DNA of 47,688 nucleotides from Minisyncoccia bacterium (lineage in GTDB: Bacteria; Patescibacteriota; Minisyncoccia; SW-4-49-11). The stretch's first letter is position 1. The number at the start of each line of letters is the position of its first letter. The notes under the pieces were generated by a model that was given only the letters and a program-made list of their open reading frames with translations, made no database searches and had not been told where the DNA came from. Of the stretch, positions 38,851 to 47,688 are shown in pieces. The translations under genes were made by a program, and so were the position numbers. The stretch is from assembly GCA_044341565.1 (NCBI GenBank), contig JBIIRM010000008.1, positions 1 to 47,688 on the forward strand, read 5' to 3'.

Positions 38851-38931
38851 AGAACAAGTTCCCAAAAGAGGTGTGCTTTTGAGTGTCTTTAGGTGTAAAG
38901 ATGCTCACCCCGCTAATTATAATTATTATTT

Positions 38932-39345
38932 ATGCCTACTATACAACAATTAGTACGAAAAGGTCGTAAGACCGGAGTAAAGAAAACCAAGTCCCCAGCA
39001 TTGGCTAGAACTTTTAATGTTCTCAAAAACAAGCCTATGGAGAGTAATTCTCCTTTCAAAAGAGGAGTATGTGTGAAAGTTACTACTACCACTCCAAAAA
39101 AACCTAACTCAGCTTTACGTAAAATTGCAAGAGTTCGATTATCTAATGGACAAGAAGTTACTGCGTATATTCCAGGAATGGGACATAATCTTCAAGAGCA
39201 TTCAGTAGTAATGCTAAGAGGAGGGCGAGTAAAAGATTTGCCTGGAGTACGATATCATATTGTTCGAGGAGTATTAGATACTGCTGGAGTAGATGGACGA
39301 TCTCAAGAGCGAAGTAAATATGGGGTAAAAAAGCCGAAGAAATAA
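38932..39345 (+). CDS. rpsL: 30S ribosomal protein S12
   Basis: [13 protein letters not shown]...[10 protein letters not shown]...[24 protein letters not shown]. Near-universal S12 sequence. Confidence 0.95.
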   Translation: MPTIQQLVRKGRKTGVKKTKSPALARTFNVLKNKPMESNSPFKRGVCVKVTTTTPKKPNSALRKIARVRLSNGQEVTAYIPGMGHNLQEHSVVMLRGGRVKDLPGVRYHIVRGVLDTAGVDGRSQERSKYGVKKPKK

Positions 39346-39369
39346 GGTTAATTAAGATATTGTAATATT

Positions 39370-39837
39370 ATGGCTAGAAGAAAGCGCAATTATACCAGAG
39401 AAATCGAACTTGATCCACGATACAAGAATCTTTTGGTTTCTCAATTCATCAACTATATTATGTTGGATGGTAAAAAGTCAGTAGCTCGAAATGTATTTTA
39501 TGGAGCTATGGATATTATTGAGAAAGATTATTCACAAGAACCATTAAATGTATTCAATACTGCGGTAAAGAATGTATCTCCTGCCGTTGAGGTAAAATCT
39601 CGAAGAGTTGGGGGTGCTAATTATCAAGTACCGGTAGAAGTTCGACCAGAACGAAAAACTTCTCTTGCTTTTCGATGGATTCTGGATGCTGTACGTAAGA
39701 AAAAAGGTAAGTCAACTGATAAAAAATTAGCTGAAGAGTTAATGGATGCTTTCAATAAAACTGGTTCTGTTATCAAGAAAAAAGATGATACCCAGAGAAT
39801 GGCGGAAGCAAACCGAGCTTTTGCTCATTTGAGATAA
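39370..39837 (+). CDS. rpsG: 30S ribosomal protein S7
   Basis: MARRKR...DPRY...V.KFIN..M.DGKKS.A......A...I motif pattern of S7 and its typical length. Confidence 0.95.
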   Translation: MARRKRNYTREIELDPRYKNLLVSQFINYIMLDGKKSVARNVFYGAMDIIEKDYSQEPLNVFNTAVKNVSPAVEVKSRRVGGANYQVPVEVRPERKTSLAFRWILDAVRKKKGKSTDKKLAEELMDAFNKTGSVIKKKDDTQRMAEANRAFAHLR

Positions 39838-39926
39838 TTGAAATACTGCTAAGAATCCTGCCTATGAATATCATGGTCAGGATTTGAGCGGTGAGTATAC
39901 TAATTAGTAATTAATAATCAAATACC

Positions 39927-42047
39927 ATGGCCAAAGATCACAAAGATATTCCTCTTGATGATGTTCGTAATATTGGAATTATTGCGCATATTGATGCAGG
40001 TAAAACTACTACTACGGAGCGAATTTTGTATTTCACTGGATTAAAGCATAAAATTGGTGAGGTTCATGATGGTGCGGCTGAAATGGATTGGATGGCACAA
40101 GAGCGAGAGCGAGGAATTACTATTACCTCAGCAGCTACTACGTGTTTTTGGAAAGATCATAGAATTAATATTATTGATACTCCTGGCCATGTTGATTTTA
40201 CTATGGAAGTGGAGCGATCTCTTCGTGTACTTGATGGTGCTGTTACTGTATTCGATGGAAAATCCGGTGTAGAACCACAATCTGAGACAGTTTGGCGACA
40301 AGCTGATCGATATAATGTACCGCGAATTTGTTTTGTGAATAAAATTAATCAAACGGGAGGGGATTTTTATAAATCATTTGCATCTATTCAAGAGCGACTA
40401 TCTAAGGATGCAGTAGTTATTGCTCTTCCTATTGGATTTGAGCAAGGTATACGAGGGCTTGTAGATTTGGTAGAGAATAAAGCTTATGTCTATGCTGATG
40501 AAGCTGGTATGACTGAAATTGTTGAGGCTGAAATCCCCGCAGATATGCTCGAGCAAGTAGAAGAATATCGACAAGTATTAATGGAGAAAGTCTCAGAAGT
40601 AGATGATAGACTTATTGAATTATTCTTGAATGATGGTGTGCTCTCAACTGAAGAGATGAAATATGCTATTCGACGAGGAACTCTAGAATCAAAGATTTTC
40701 CCCGTACTTGGAGGAGATTCTCGAACTGCTATTGTACGAAAACTTCTTGATGCTGTTATTGATTATCTTCCATCCCCATTAGATATTGATGCCGCTAAGG
40801 GTACTGATGTTAATGATGAGGAAAAAGAATTAGAAAGAAAGGCAGACAAGAATGAGCCATTTGCAGGACTTGCTTTCAAAATTGCAACTGACCCTTATAT
40901 TGGACAATTAGTATTTTTCCGTGTATATTCTGGAACTCTTAAGAGTGGAAGTTATGTGTATAATTCAACCAAGGGGGAGAAAGAGCGAATTTCTCGACTT
41001 GTTTTGATGCATGCTAATTCTCGAACCGAAGTAGATGAATTATCTGCAGGAGAAATTGGAGCTATTGTAGGACTTAAGAATACTACTACTGGAGATACTC
41101 TTTGTGATGAGAAAGATCCTATTATTTTGGAGAAAATTGTTATCCCAGAACCTGTTATTCAGATTAAACTTGAGCCAAAGACTAAGGTAGATCAAGAAAA
41201 AATGAGTTTAGCTCTTCACAAATTATCTGATGAAGATCCAACTCTTAAAGTTAGCTCTGATGAAGTGACAGGAGATACCCTTATTGCAGGAATGGGAGAG
41301 CTTCATCTTGATATTATTGTGGATCGTATGAAGCGAGAATTTGGTGTAGAAGTAAATGTAGGACAACCACAAGTAGCCTATAAAGAAACTATTCAAAGTT
41401 CTGCTGAAGCACAAGGGAAATATATCAAACAATCAGGAGGAAAAGGACAATATGGAGATGTATATCTTCGAGTTGAGTCATTTGATCCTGAAACAACTGA
41501 AATTGATCCAAAGAAACCACAACATTATATTTTTGGAAATGAATTAAAGGGAGGATCTATTCCATCTGAATATGTGCCTGCTATTGAAAAGGGAGTAAAA
41601 GAATCTATAGATCGTGGTGTTATAGCTGGATATCCATTGATTAATATCAAGGCAACCGTATATGATGGATCATATCATGATGTTGACTCCTCTGAATCAG
41701 CTTTCAAAATTGCAGGTTCTATGGCTCTTTCAGCCGCTGTAAAAAAAGCAAATCCTATTATTCTTGAGCCAATTATGGCTGTCGAAGTAACTATCCCAGA
41801 ACAATATATGGGAGATGTAGTAGGAGATTTGAATTCACGACGAGGACTTATTGAAGAAATGAATGATAGAACTGGTGGACTTAAAGTTGTATCAGCAAAA
41901 GTACCTCTATCTTCAATGTTCGGATATGTGACTACACTTCGGTCTATGACACAAGGACGAGGAAATGCAGTGATGGAATTCAATGATTATCAGCCAGTTC
42001 CTAGCAATGTACAACAAGATATTATTGCCAAGAGAACAGCGAAATAA
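39927..42047 (+). CDS. fusA: elongation factor G
   Basis: [20 protein letters not shown] (G1), DTPGHVDF (G3), NKID-like NKIN, and a full five-domain length. Confidence 0.95.
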   Translation: MAKDHKDIPLDDVRNIGIIAHIDAGKTTTTERILYFTGLKHKIGEVHDGAAEMDWMAQERERGITITSAATTCFWKDHRINIIDTPGHVDFTMEVERSLRVLDGAVTVFDGKSGVEPQSETVWRQADRYNVPRICFVNKINQTGGDFYKSFASIQERLSKDAVVIALPIGFEQGIRGLVDLVENKAYVYADEAGMTEIVEAEIPADMLEQVEEYRQVLMEKVSEVDDRLIELFLNDGVLSTEEMKYAIRRGTLESKIFPVLGGDSRTAIVRKLLDAVIDYLPSPLDIDAAKGTDVNDEEKELERKADKNEPFAGLAFKIATDPYIGQLVFFRVYSGTLKSGSYVYNSTKGEKERISRLVLMHANSRTEVDELSAGEIGAIVGLKNTTTGDTLCDEKDPIILEKIVIPEPVIQIKLEPKTKVDQEKMSLALHKLSDEDPTLKVSSDEVTGDTLIAGMGELHLDIIVDRMKREFGVEVNVGQPQVAYKETIQSSAEAQGKYIKQSGGKGQYGDVYLRVESFDPETTEIDPKKPQHYIFGNELKGGSIPSEYVPAIEKGVKESIDRGVIAGYPLINIKATVYDGSYHDVDSSESAFKIAGSMALSAAVKKANPIILEPIMAVEVTIPEQYMGDVVGDLNSRRGLIEEMNDRTGGLKVVSAKVPLSSMFGYVTTLRSMTQGRGNAVMEFNDYQPVPSNVQQDIIAKRTAK

Positions 42048-42072
42048 TAGTGTAAATCTATAAACCTAAAAA

Positions 42073-42099
42073 GCCTGAGAATAAAAACTCAGGTTTTTT
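42073..42099 (+). terminator. rho-independent terminator (GCCTGAG - loop - CTCAGG + TTTTTT)
   Basis: Hairpin 25 nt after the fusA stop, followed by a T-run at 42094-42099. Confidence 0.6.
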
Positions 42100-42122
42100 G
42101 GTATATACTCACTATAGGTAAT

Positions 42123-42216
42123 CCTCCTCCGTTCCTCCTATATATAATAGGAGGAACACCTCCCCCCAAGGGAGGACAGAAATTTTGTCCCTCGCCAGCG
42201 AGGGACAATAATACGT
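42123..42216. repeat. GC-rich hairpin-module cluster, copy D (hairpin modules only, no long core)
   Basis: TTCCTCCTatatataatAGGAGGAA, CCTCCCcccaaGGGAGG, GGACAgaaattttGTCC, GTCCCTCGCCAGCGAGGGAC. These are the same modules as copy A but in a different order. Confidence 0.45.
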
Positions 42217-42253
42217 TTATGCTATACTGTAAGTATTACTATAATTATCCTTT

Positions 42254-43393
42254 ATGCCACTTGCAGATAGAGTCAGGCCCATCGATCTGAATACCTTTAT
42301 AGGGCAAAAACACCTTGTAGGAGAAGGTAAACCCCTCTACCTGTGTATTACACAGCAATTACCACAATCTTTTATTTTGTGGGGTCCCCCTGGAGTGGGT
42401 AAAACCACTTTAGCCCGTATATACAGTAATGCAATTGATGGTAAATTATATGAAGTCTCAGCGGTCAGAGCAGGGAAAAAAGATATAGAAGCAATTATCA
42501 AAGATAATACGGAACAGCAAAAGATTTTATTCCTGGATGAGATACATCGTTTTAATAAAGCTCAGCAAGATTATTTACTTCCTTTTGTGGAAGACGGGAC
42601 TTTGATTTTGATTGGAGCTACCACAGAGAATCCAAGTTTTGAAATTATAGCCGCCCTACAATCTCGTTGTATTATTTATACCCTTATAGCACTCACCGTA
42701 GAGGAAATACAAGATATATTAGCTCAGGCGGGATTAAAGGATACTGCTATAAGTGAGTATATTGCTCAATATACTAATGGAGATGCCCGCAAGGCTTTGG
42801 GAATTTATGAGAGAGCTAAATCTATGTATTCAGATACTCTAAGTATTGAGAATATTGAAGCTATTTTGAAGGATACCAATCTTAGATATGATAGGGCAGG
42901 GGAGGAGCATTATGATGTTATTAGTGCTTTTATCAAAAGTATGAGAGCCAGCCAAGTGGATGCAGCTTTATATTATCTTGCTCGTATGTTAGAAGGGGGC
43001 GAAGACCCTAAATTTATTGCACGTAGAATGATTATATTTGCAAGTGAGGATATTGGTATGGCTCTTCCCACAGCTCTTGTGATTGCCAATGAAGTATTCC
43101 GAACAGTAGAAGTAGTGGGATTACCGGAGGCTTCTATTAATCTCGCGCATGGAGTAGTATATTTAGCTCAAGCCCCCAAGGATAGACGAGTATATGATGC
43201 TATTAAAGATGCTCAAAGAGAAGTGAAACAGTCAGGGAACCTTACAATACCATTAAATATTCGCAATGCTCCTACTAATTTGATGAAAGATTTGGGCTAT
43301 GGCAAAGAGTATGAATTGTATGATACAGAAAGTTATCTCCCAGAAAAAATACAGAATAAAGCTTTTTGGAAAAAATCTAAAAAAGAGAAGTAA
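42254..43393 (+). CDS. rarA: replication-associated recombination protein A (RarA/MgsA-like AAA+ ATPase), short form
   Basis: LADRVRPIDLNTFIGQKHLVGEGKPL...ILWGPPGVGKTTLARI (Walker A), ILFLDEIHRFNKAQQD (Walker B/sensor), and the C-terminal MgsA helical domain. Confidence 0.8.
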   Translation: MPLADRVRPIDLNTFIGQKHLVGEGKPLYLCITQQLPQSFILWGPPGVGKTTLARIYSNAIDGKLYEVSAVRAGKKDIEAIIKDNTEQQKILFLDEIHRFNKAQQDYLLPFVEDGTLILIGATTENPSFEIIAALQSRCIIYTLIALTVEEIQDILAQAGLKDTAISEYIAQYTNGDARKALGIYERAKSMYSDTLSIENIEAILKDTNLRYDRAGEEHYDVISAFIKSMRASQVDAALYYLARMLEGGEDPKFIARRMIIFASEDIGMALPTALVIANEVFRTVEVVGLPEASINLAHGVVYLAQAPKDRRVYDAIKDAQREVKQSGNLTIPLNIRNAPTNLMKDLGYGKEYELYDTESYLPEKIQNKAFWKKSKKEK

Positions 43394-43445
43394 ATAAAAA
43401 AGAGAGTTTATCGGCTCCCTTTTTTCTTTTTGATATTCTCAAGAT

Positions 43446-46163
43446 TTAATTGAAGTCTTTTTTACGGAATATTTTTCTCCATACAAATCGTCGAGTATGA
43501 GCCAAGGCAACATAGAATACCGGATAGGCAAATATTACCAATAGGGTACTAGATGCGAGTCCGAATACCAATGCATAGGCAAGCCCTTCCCAGAACGGGT
43601 CAGCAAAGGCGAGAGGCAGTATACCAACAATAGTTGAGAGAGAAGTAGTAATCAAAGCTCGGAAACGATATTTGATTGCCCCAGAAATTGATTCTCGAAT
43701 AGATCCCGTTTCTGCTAAGACTGTATTAGAATAGTCGAGTAAGAGAATAGTATTATTAACTACAATACCGACAAGCCCCGTAATACCAATTAAGGCAAAG
43801 AAGCTCAGAGGATTATTGGTCAAATAGAGTCCAAAGAATAATCCAGGGAATGAGAATGGTACGGCCATTAAGATAAGGAATGGTTGACTCAAGGAATTGA
43901 ATTGCAATACCAAGAGTATATACATAATGATAATAGCCGCAATAAGAGCAAATATTGCTGATTGGAAGGAGTCAAGATTTTCTCCTTGTTGTCCTAGATC
44001 AAATGCAACTCCATCTTTAGCTAAATCATATTTAGCACGGAATTCATCAGTATCAAATTTTTCTTTGATAGCAGTTTGAGCTTCTAATACCAAATTAGTA
44101 TTCTCAGGGTCAGATACTGCAACTTGTACAGAAGCATAACGTCGGCCATCTTTTCGGGTAATAGTATCAATATTATTGATAATGACATCTTTGATTTCAC
44201 CACCATCTAATTTGATATCTTGAGTAAAGTCTCGAATTTCTTTGGTTGAATTCTCAAGAGTTTTTTGGTCATCTGAGAATACTTGGAAAGTAATTTGATA
44301 ATCATCGGTTGGAGGCCCAGCTCCAGATATACCAGCCTTTACTTTCAAATCCTTAAGCTTTACATTATCTGCAATTTTATCATTAATTTCTGCTACCATA
44401 GTTGCAGAAGTTTTCTCTCTTTCTCCAAGAGGAGTAAGAGTAATATACATCAATACACCAGATGCATCTGCATTAAAGTAGGTAATATCATCAATATAAT
44501 CTGCATTGGTATCCTTTATGATTTTCTCAATTTCCTTAGTGGTATCAATAGATTTCTGAAGATCACGATTATCTTTTAATATAGAAGTAACCGTAATCTC
44601 ATTGGTGTCTTTGGCTGGAGCAAAAATAGCAAATTTGAGCTTACTTGCAGTAAATATTCCTCCTCCGATAAGTGCTATCGTCAAAACAAATATTATCGTA
44701 CTACGCCATATATTATTAAGATACCAATTGGTATACTGATACACCTTAATATTAATCCAATCAATAATACCAGGAACAAAATAGAGAACATTATATAATG
44801 CTTTACTAATACCTTTTCTTTTTACTTTAACTCCAGTCTCAGCCTCATAATGAGGTAATACCAGATTTGCAAAGAAAGGAATCAGAGTAAGACTTACAAT
44901 AAGAGATAAAGCTAAAGTCAAGATAACGGTAATAGGAATAAGCTTAATAAATTCTCCTAAAGTACCAGATACAAGAGCAATAGGAATAAAGGCTAGAATG
45001 GTAGTAACAGTTCCTGATATATCAGCTAGCCCAACAGTATTAATGGCCTTTATAACCGCTTGTTTACCTCGGTGTCCCGCTTTACGGGCATTATCAATAG
45101 CATCAATCACAAGAATAGCATCATCGGCGATTAATCCAATCACCAGAATCAGTCCAAATAAAGTCAGGGTATTAAGAGAATATCCAATCAGATATAATCC
45201 TAAAGAAGTAAGTGCAATAGAGACAGGGATAAACACCGCAATTACAATAGAAGCTCTCCAGTTAACAATTAATATCATAATAATCATTACTGCAAGAAGC
45301 CCAGATATAGCACTTTCCTGGAGTAAAGATAATTGAGCTTTGAGTGAATTAGAAGCATCTCCACCCCCAAATATCACATCATATCCATCTAAATCCCCTG
45401 AATCTTTGAGCTTTTGAACTTTATCTTGAATAGCCTGTGAGAATTCAATAGTACCAACATTAGTGTCTCTGACAGCACCAATAAGAATGGCATCAGTAAA
45501 TACTAATTTATTATCAGCATTACGATGAGCAGATCTTCCAAATTTAATTTGCTCTAAATTAGATTCTCCCGTAATAGGATTCGTTTGAACTTCTTGTAAA
45601 TCAATTACATTTGTTCGAATAACTGAATTAACAGCATCTATTTCCTTTGCTACAAAATTAGCTTTATCTTGTAATTCTTGAGTAGATTTCCCATTGCTAA
45701 TCAAACTGAATACAAGGTCATTTTCTCCATCAAAAGAAGCAGCATTAATAGTGACAAAAGAAGGCTTGGTATCCTTGGGTAGGGTAGCGCCATTAACTGC
45801 ATCCTCTAATAATTTAGCCCCAGCCTTAGAAGTTGTACCTTCTTTGAACTCGACTGTAATATTAGAGAAATTATCAGTGCTGGTAGAGGTAATAGCTTTA
45901 ATCTCCTGTATACTTCCAATAGCCGATTTAATTGGGCCGGTAACATCTTTATCTACAAGCCCTTTGTCATTAACAAAATAAGGCGTTTGAATAAGGGCAA
46001 CCGGAACCTCAATAGTAGGGAAGCCTTCTCGTTTAAGGAATGTGGTATAAGCCGCAGTTCCAATTGCAAGAATACCCACTAATAAAAGAACAGTAATTCG
46101 CCATTTATTCAGGAAGAATAAGGCAATTTTTGTTAATGCATCTGGTTTATTGGATGTATCCAT
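43446..46163 (-). CDS. RND-superfamily exporter (AcrB/MMPL-like; 12 TM helices with two large extracytoplasmic loops)
   Basis: 905 aa with the topology pattern TM1 - large loop - TM2-6 - large loop - TM8-12. The conserved patch is GLIADDAILVIDAI... Confidence 0.75.
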   Translation of the reverse strand: MDTSNKPDALTKIALFFLNKWRITVLLLVGILAIGTAAYTTFLKREGFPTIEVPVALIQTPYFVNDKGLVDKDVTGPIKSAIGSIQEIKAITSTSTDNFSNITVEFKEGTTSKAGAKLLEDAVNGATLPKDTKPSFVTINAASFDGENDLVFSLISNGKSTQELQDKANFVAKEIDAVNSVIRTNVIDLQEVQTNPITGESNLEQIKFGRSAHRNADNKLVFTDAILIGAVRDTNVGTIEFSQAIQDKVQKLKDSGDLDGYDVIFGGGDASNSLKAQLSLLQESAISGLLAVMIIMILIVNWRASIVIAVFIPVSIALTSLGLYLIGYSLNTLTLFGLILVIGLIADDAILVIDAIDNARKAGHRGKQAVIKAINTVGLADISGTVTTILAFIPIALVSGTLGEFIKLIPITVILTLALSLIVSLTLIPFFANLVLPHYEAETGVKVKRKGISKALYNVLYFVPGIIDWINIKVYQYTNWYLNNIWRSTIIFVLTIALIGGGIFTASKLKFAIFAPAKDTNEITVTSILKDNRDLQKSIDTTKEIEKIIKDTNADYIDDITYFNADASGVLMYITLTPLGEREKTSATMVAEINDKIADNVKLKDLKVKAGISGAGPPTDDYQITFQVFSDDQKTLENSTKEIRDFTQDIKLDGGEIKDVIINNIDTITRKDGRRYASVQVAVSDPENTNLVLEAQTAIKEKFDTDEFRAKYDLAKDGVAFDLGQQGENLDSFQSAIFALIAAIIIMYILLVLQFNSLSQPFLILMAVPFSFPGLFFGLYLTNNPLSFFALIGITGLVGIVVNNTILLLDYSNTVLAETGSIRESISGAIKYRFRALITTSLSTIVGILPLAFADPFWEGLAYALVFGLASSTLLVIFAYPVFYVALAHTRRFVWRKIFRKKDFN

Positions 46164-46308
46164 ACTGATAATTAATTACTACATAGAGTTGCTGCATTCA
46201 GTATATACGATATATAGGTTTCTAGCAAACAAAATAATAGATTGCTAAATGAAAAAGAGGAGCTCATATTGAGCTCCTTGGTGAGAGGGGGGTAGAGCGC
46301 ATCCTTAT

Positions 46309-46563
46309 TCAGTCAGGCTCATAGAATGCACTGGAGTAGGGGAGGGCTTCAGTAAGGTTGAATGCCTCTTTTCGAGACATGGAGTTCAATTGCCGTGTGC
46401 GACAACAGCTACAGAATCTTCCATTTTGTTCGAATACCCGCACTTCTCCATGAACTCGAATGTGGATATCTGCGCCTACCCAGCGTGAGACTTGATTTGT
46501 GCAATTAGGCGTTGCACATGGGGCATTGAGTACATAATCAAGAATCCGATCAAGAAATGACAT
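46309..46563 (-). CDS. small Cys-rich (zinc-ribbon-like) hypothetical protein
   Basis: 84 aa; C..PNC ... C.CC cysteine clusters. It is GC-richer than its surroundings. A plausible minus-strand promoter (TTGACA-17-TATGGT) lies at ~46585-46613. Confidence 0.45.
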   Translation of the reverse strand: MSFLDRILDYVLNAPCATPNCTNQVSRWVGADIHIRVHGEVRVFEQNGRFCSCCRTRQLNSMSRKEAFNLTEALPYSSAFYEPD

Positions 46564-46635
46564 GACAGAAAGTCGAGTTTACAAAAATAACCATACCATA
46601 TTTTTGCAAAAATGTCAATATGTATAAACAATTTA

Positions 46636-46890
46636 TTATTTTGTATATATAAATCTCTGGATAGCAAGAGTCGACCAAAGTATAACTGATATCACGGTCA
46701 CAGCAGTAGATAACCAAAGTTCGAGAGAAGCAAAAGATAAACCAATTGCAGTTAAAGACAGAGCATAAGGAATAGAAGTCCAATAGCGAACTGGTCCTAT
46801 TTTGGTCTTAAAGCCCAATACAACCTGAGGTATCAGAGATAGGGAAATAATAATGCTCGCAATAGTAATAACAATATCTTGTATATTCAT
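46636..46890 (-). CDS. SemiSWEET-like PQ-loop sugar transporter (3-TM, 84 aa)
   Basis: Three hydrophobic helices. TM1 ends in LSLIPQVVLGFKTK (the PQ-loop motif), comparable to bacterial SemiSWEETs (..FLPQV....TK). Confidence 0.6.
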   Translation of the reverse strand: MNIQDIVITIASIIISLSLIPQVVLGFKTKIGPVRYWTSIPYALSLTAIGLSFASLELWLSTAVTVISVILWSTLAIQRFIYTK

Positions 46891-46974
46891 AAAATAATTT
46901 AGTATATATGTATAGTAAACCGATATATAACTCTAGTCAATAAATCAAATATCTGATAAAATAATCAAGATAAT

Positions 46975-47060
46975 GGAGAGTTCGCATAGTTGGTCTAGTG
47001 CGCACGCTTGGAAAGCGTGTATACCGCAAGGTATCAAGAGTTCGAATCTCTTACTCTCCG
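46975..47060 (+). tRNA. tRNA-Ser (anticodon GGA), class II with long variable arm
   Basis: Acceptor stem GGAGAGT/ACTCTCC. D-stem GCAT/GTGC. Anticodon stem CACGC/GCGTG with loop TTGGAAA (anticodon GGA). Variable arm ATACC-GCAA-GGTAT. T-stem AAGAG/CTCTT with loop TTCGAAT. Discriminator G. CCA is not encoded. Confidence 0.85.
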
Positions 47061-47068
47061 CAAAAATT

Positions 47069-47100
47069 AAAAATAGGGGTTTTTGCCCCTATTTTTAATT
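47069..47100 (+). terminator. hairpin terminator after tRNA-Ser (AAAAATAGGGG ttttg CCCCTATTTTT)
   Basis: 11-bp inverted repeat immediately downstream of the tRNA, followed by a T-rich tail. Confidence 0.5.
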
Positions 47101-47131
47101 TCCGTGAGTTAGTAAAGAGAAATTCGAACTC

Positions 47132-47303
47132 GGGAAGGGGTCGGGAAACGGAAGTTTCCTGTGGCGGAAGTAATCAATACCCCTAGATAGGAAGGCAATG
47201 AGGAGCTTGCTCCGAATGTCGGAAACCGTGGGTGTCCGAGATGGGGTTGTAGGGGTATTGAGGGAACTGAGGGGGTTTCAAAGAGCAAATCCCATTTGCG
47301 ACG
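47132..47303. repeat. GC-rich hairpin-module element, copy C (core split by ~100-nt insert)
   Basis: GGGAAGGGGTCGGGAAACGGAAGTTTCC ... GGTTTCAAAGAGCAAATCCCATTTGCGACGAG; these are the same core ends as copies A and B. Confidence 0.5.
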
Positions 47304-47324
47304 AGTTCGGAATCTCTTACTATC
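47303..47324 (+). repeat. direct repeat of the tRNA-Ser 3' end (att-like)
   Basis: GAGTTCGGAATCTCTTACTATC at 47303-47324 matches the tRNA T-arm/acceptor segment GAGTTCGAATCTCTTACTCTCC (47038-47059) at 20 of 21 aligned positions with one 1-nt indel. Confidence 0.55.
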
Positions 47325-47512
47325 TATATTCCGACACTCGGGAATAAATCCCTCGCTGCCTTCCTGCACGGGGGATTTTGCCTTCATACATACGATGTAT
47401 GAAATCCTGAAGGAGTTATTTAGATTCAAACTTCATTTTTAATTGGACTAAATAAATTTTAGTTGGTATTCTATTTATTAGGTGGTATATCAGTTAATCT
47501 AAAAATAATTTT

Positions 47513-47688
47513 ATGTTGAATATATTGTTTTTAATATTACCATTGGCGATAGTAGATAGCTTAAATCCCTTTACTATTGCAACACATGTTTTTTTATTAA
47601 CCACAAAGAATCCTTTGCCAAAGGCAATTTTTCATATTATTGGTATCTATTTAATGTATTTGATAGGTGGTATTTTAATATTTTTAGG
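47513..47688 (+). CDS. 5' part of a membrane protein gene (partial, runs off the window)
   Basis: The ATG at 47513 opens a frame to the window end: MLNILFLILPLAIVDSLNPFTIATHVFLLTTKNPLPKAIFHIIGIYLMYLIGGILIFL, which is strongly hydrophobic. Confidence 0.4.
   Translation, partial: MLNILFLILPLAIVDSLNPFTIATHVFLLTTKNPLPKAIFHIIGIYLMYLIGGILIFL

Noticed and set aside
43394-43445. Possible bidirectional terminator between convergent rarA and the RND gene (AAAAAAGAGAG...TCCCTTTTTT)
   Set aside because: The inverted repeat is imperfect and AT-rich. It is too weak to call.
1-47688. CRISPR array, rRNA genes, intact transposase/integrase
   Set aside because: - CRISPR: no regularly spaced direct repeat/spacer pattern. 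The GC-rich elements are irregular palindrome clusters, not arrays.
- rRNA: no rRNA-like conserved blocks.
- Transposase/integrase: no recombinase motifs seen in any ORF.

Overview
This is AT-rich, gene-dense bacterial DNA of streamlined-genome type, most consistent with a Patescibacteria/CPR-like organism (inference from gene content and low GC, not verified). All long ORFs read through with the standard genetic code.

Most of the window is housekeeping genes: ftsK, eno, recJ, fmt/def, priA, greA, metG, gatB, gyrA, rpsL-rpsG-fusA, a rarA-like gene and an RND exporter. I also call an RNase P RNA gene and a tRNA-Ser(GGA), both missing from the ORF track.

Three things stand out.
- A dispersed family of GC-rich, hairpin-dense intergenic elements sits at four loci (~17.45-17.96 kb, ~38.58-38.78 kb, ~42.12-42.22 kb, ~47.1-47.4 kb). 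They share a ~40-90 nt core and reshuffled hairpin 'modules'. One copy lies immediately 3' of tRNA-Ser and is bracketed by a duplicated copy of the tRNA 3' end, which looks like an integration footprint.
- A surface-appendage locus (30.0-36.6 kb) carries six paralogous small VirB2/TrbC-like 'pilin' proteins, one fused to an SLT/VirB1-like lytic transglycosylase domain. It sits next to a solute-binding protein and a secreted membrane-anchored protein. Upstream there is also a giant type IV prepilin-like adhesin with two LamG-like repeats and an FN3 domain.
- There are several degenerate or atypical proteins: a tandem pseudo-receiver lacking the phospho-acceptor Asp, a PriA with an eroded Walker A, and a 1315-aa acidic giant protein with a translationally coupled His-rich partner.

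No CRISPR array, rRNA, or intact transposase/integrase gene is visible. All calls rest on motif recognition by eye; no database search was possible.
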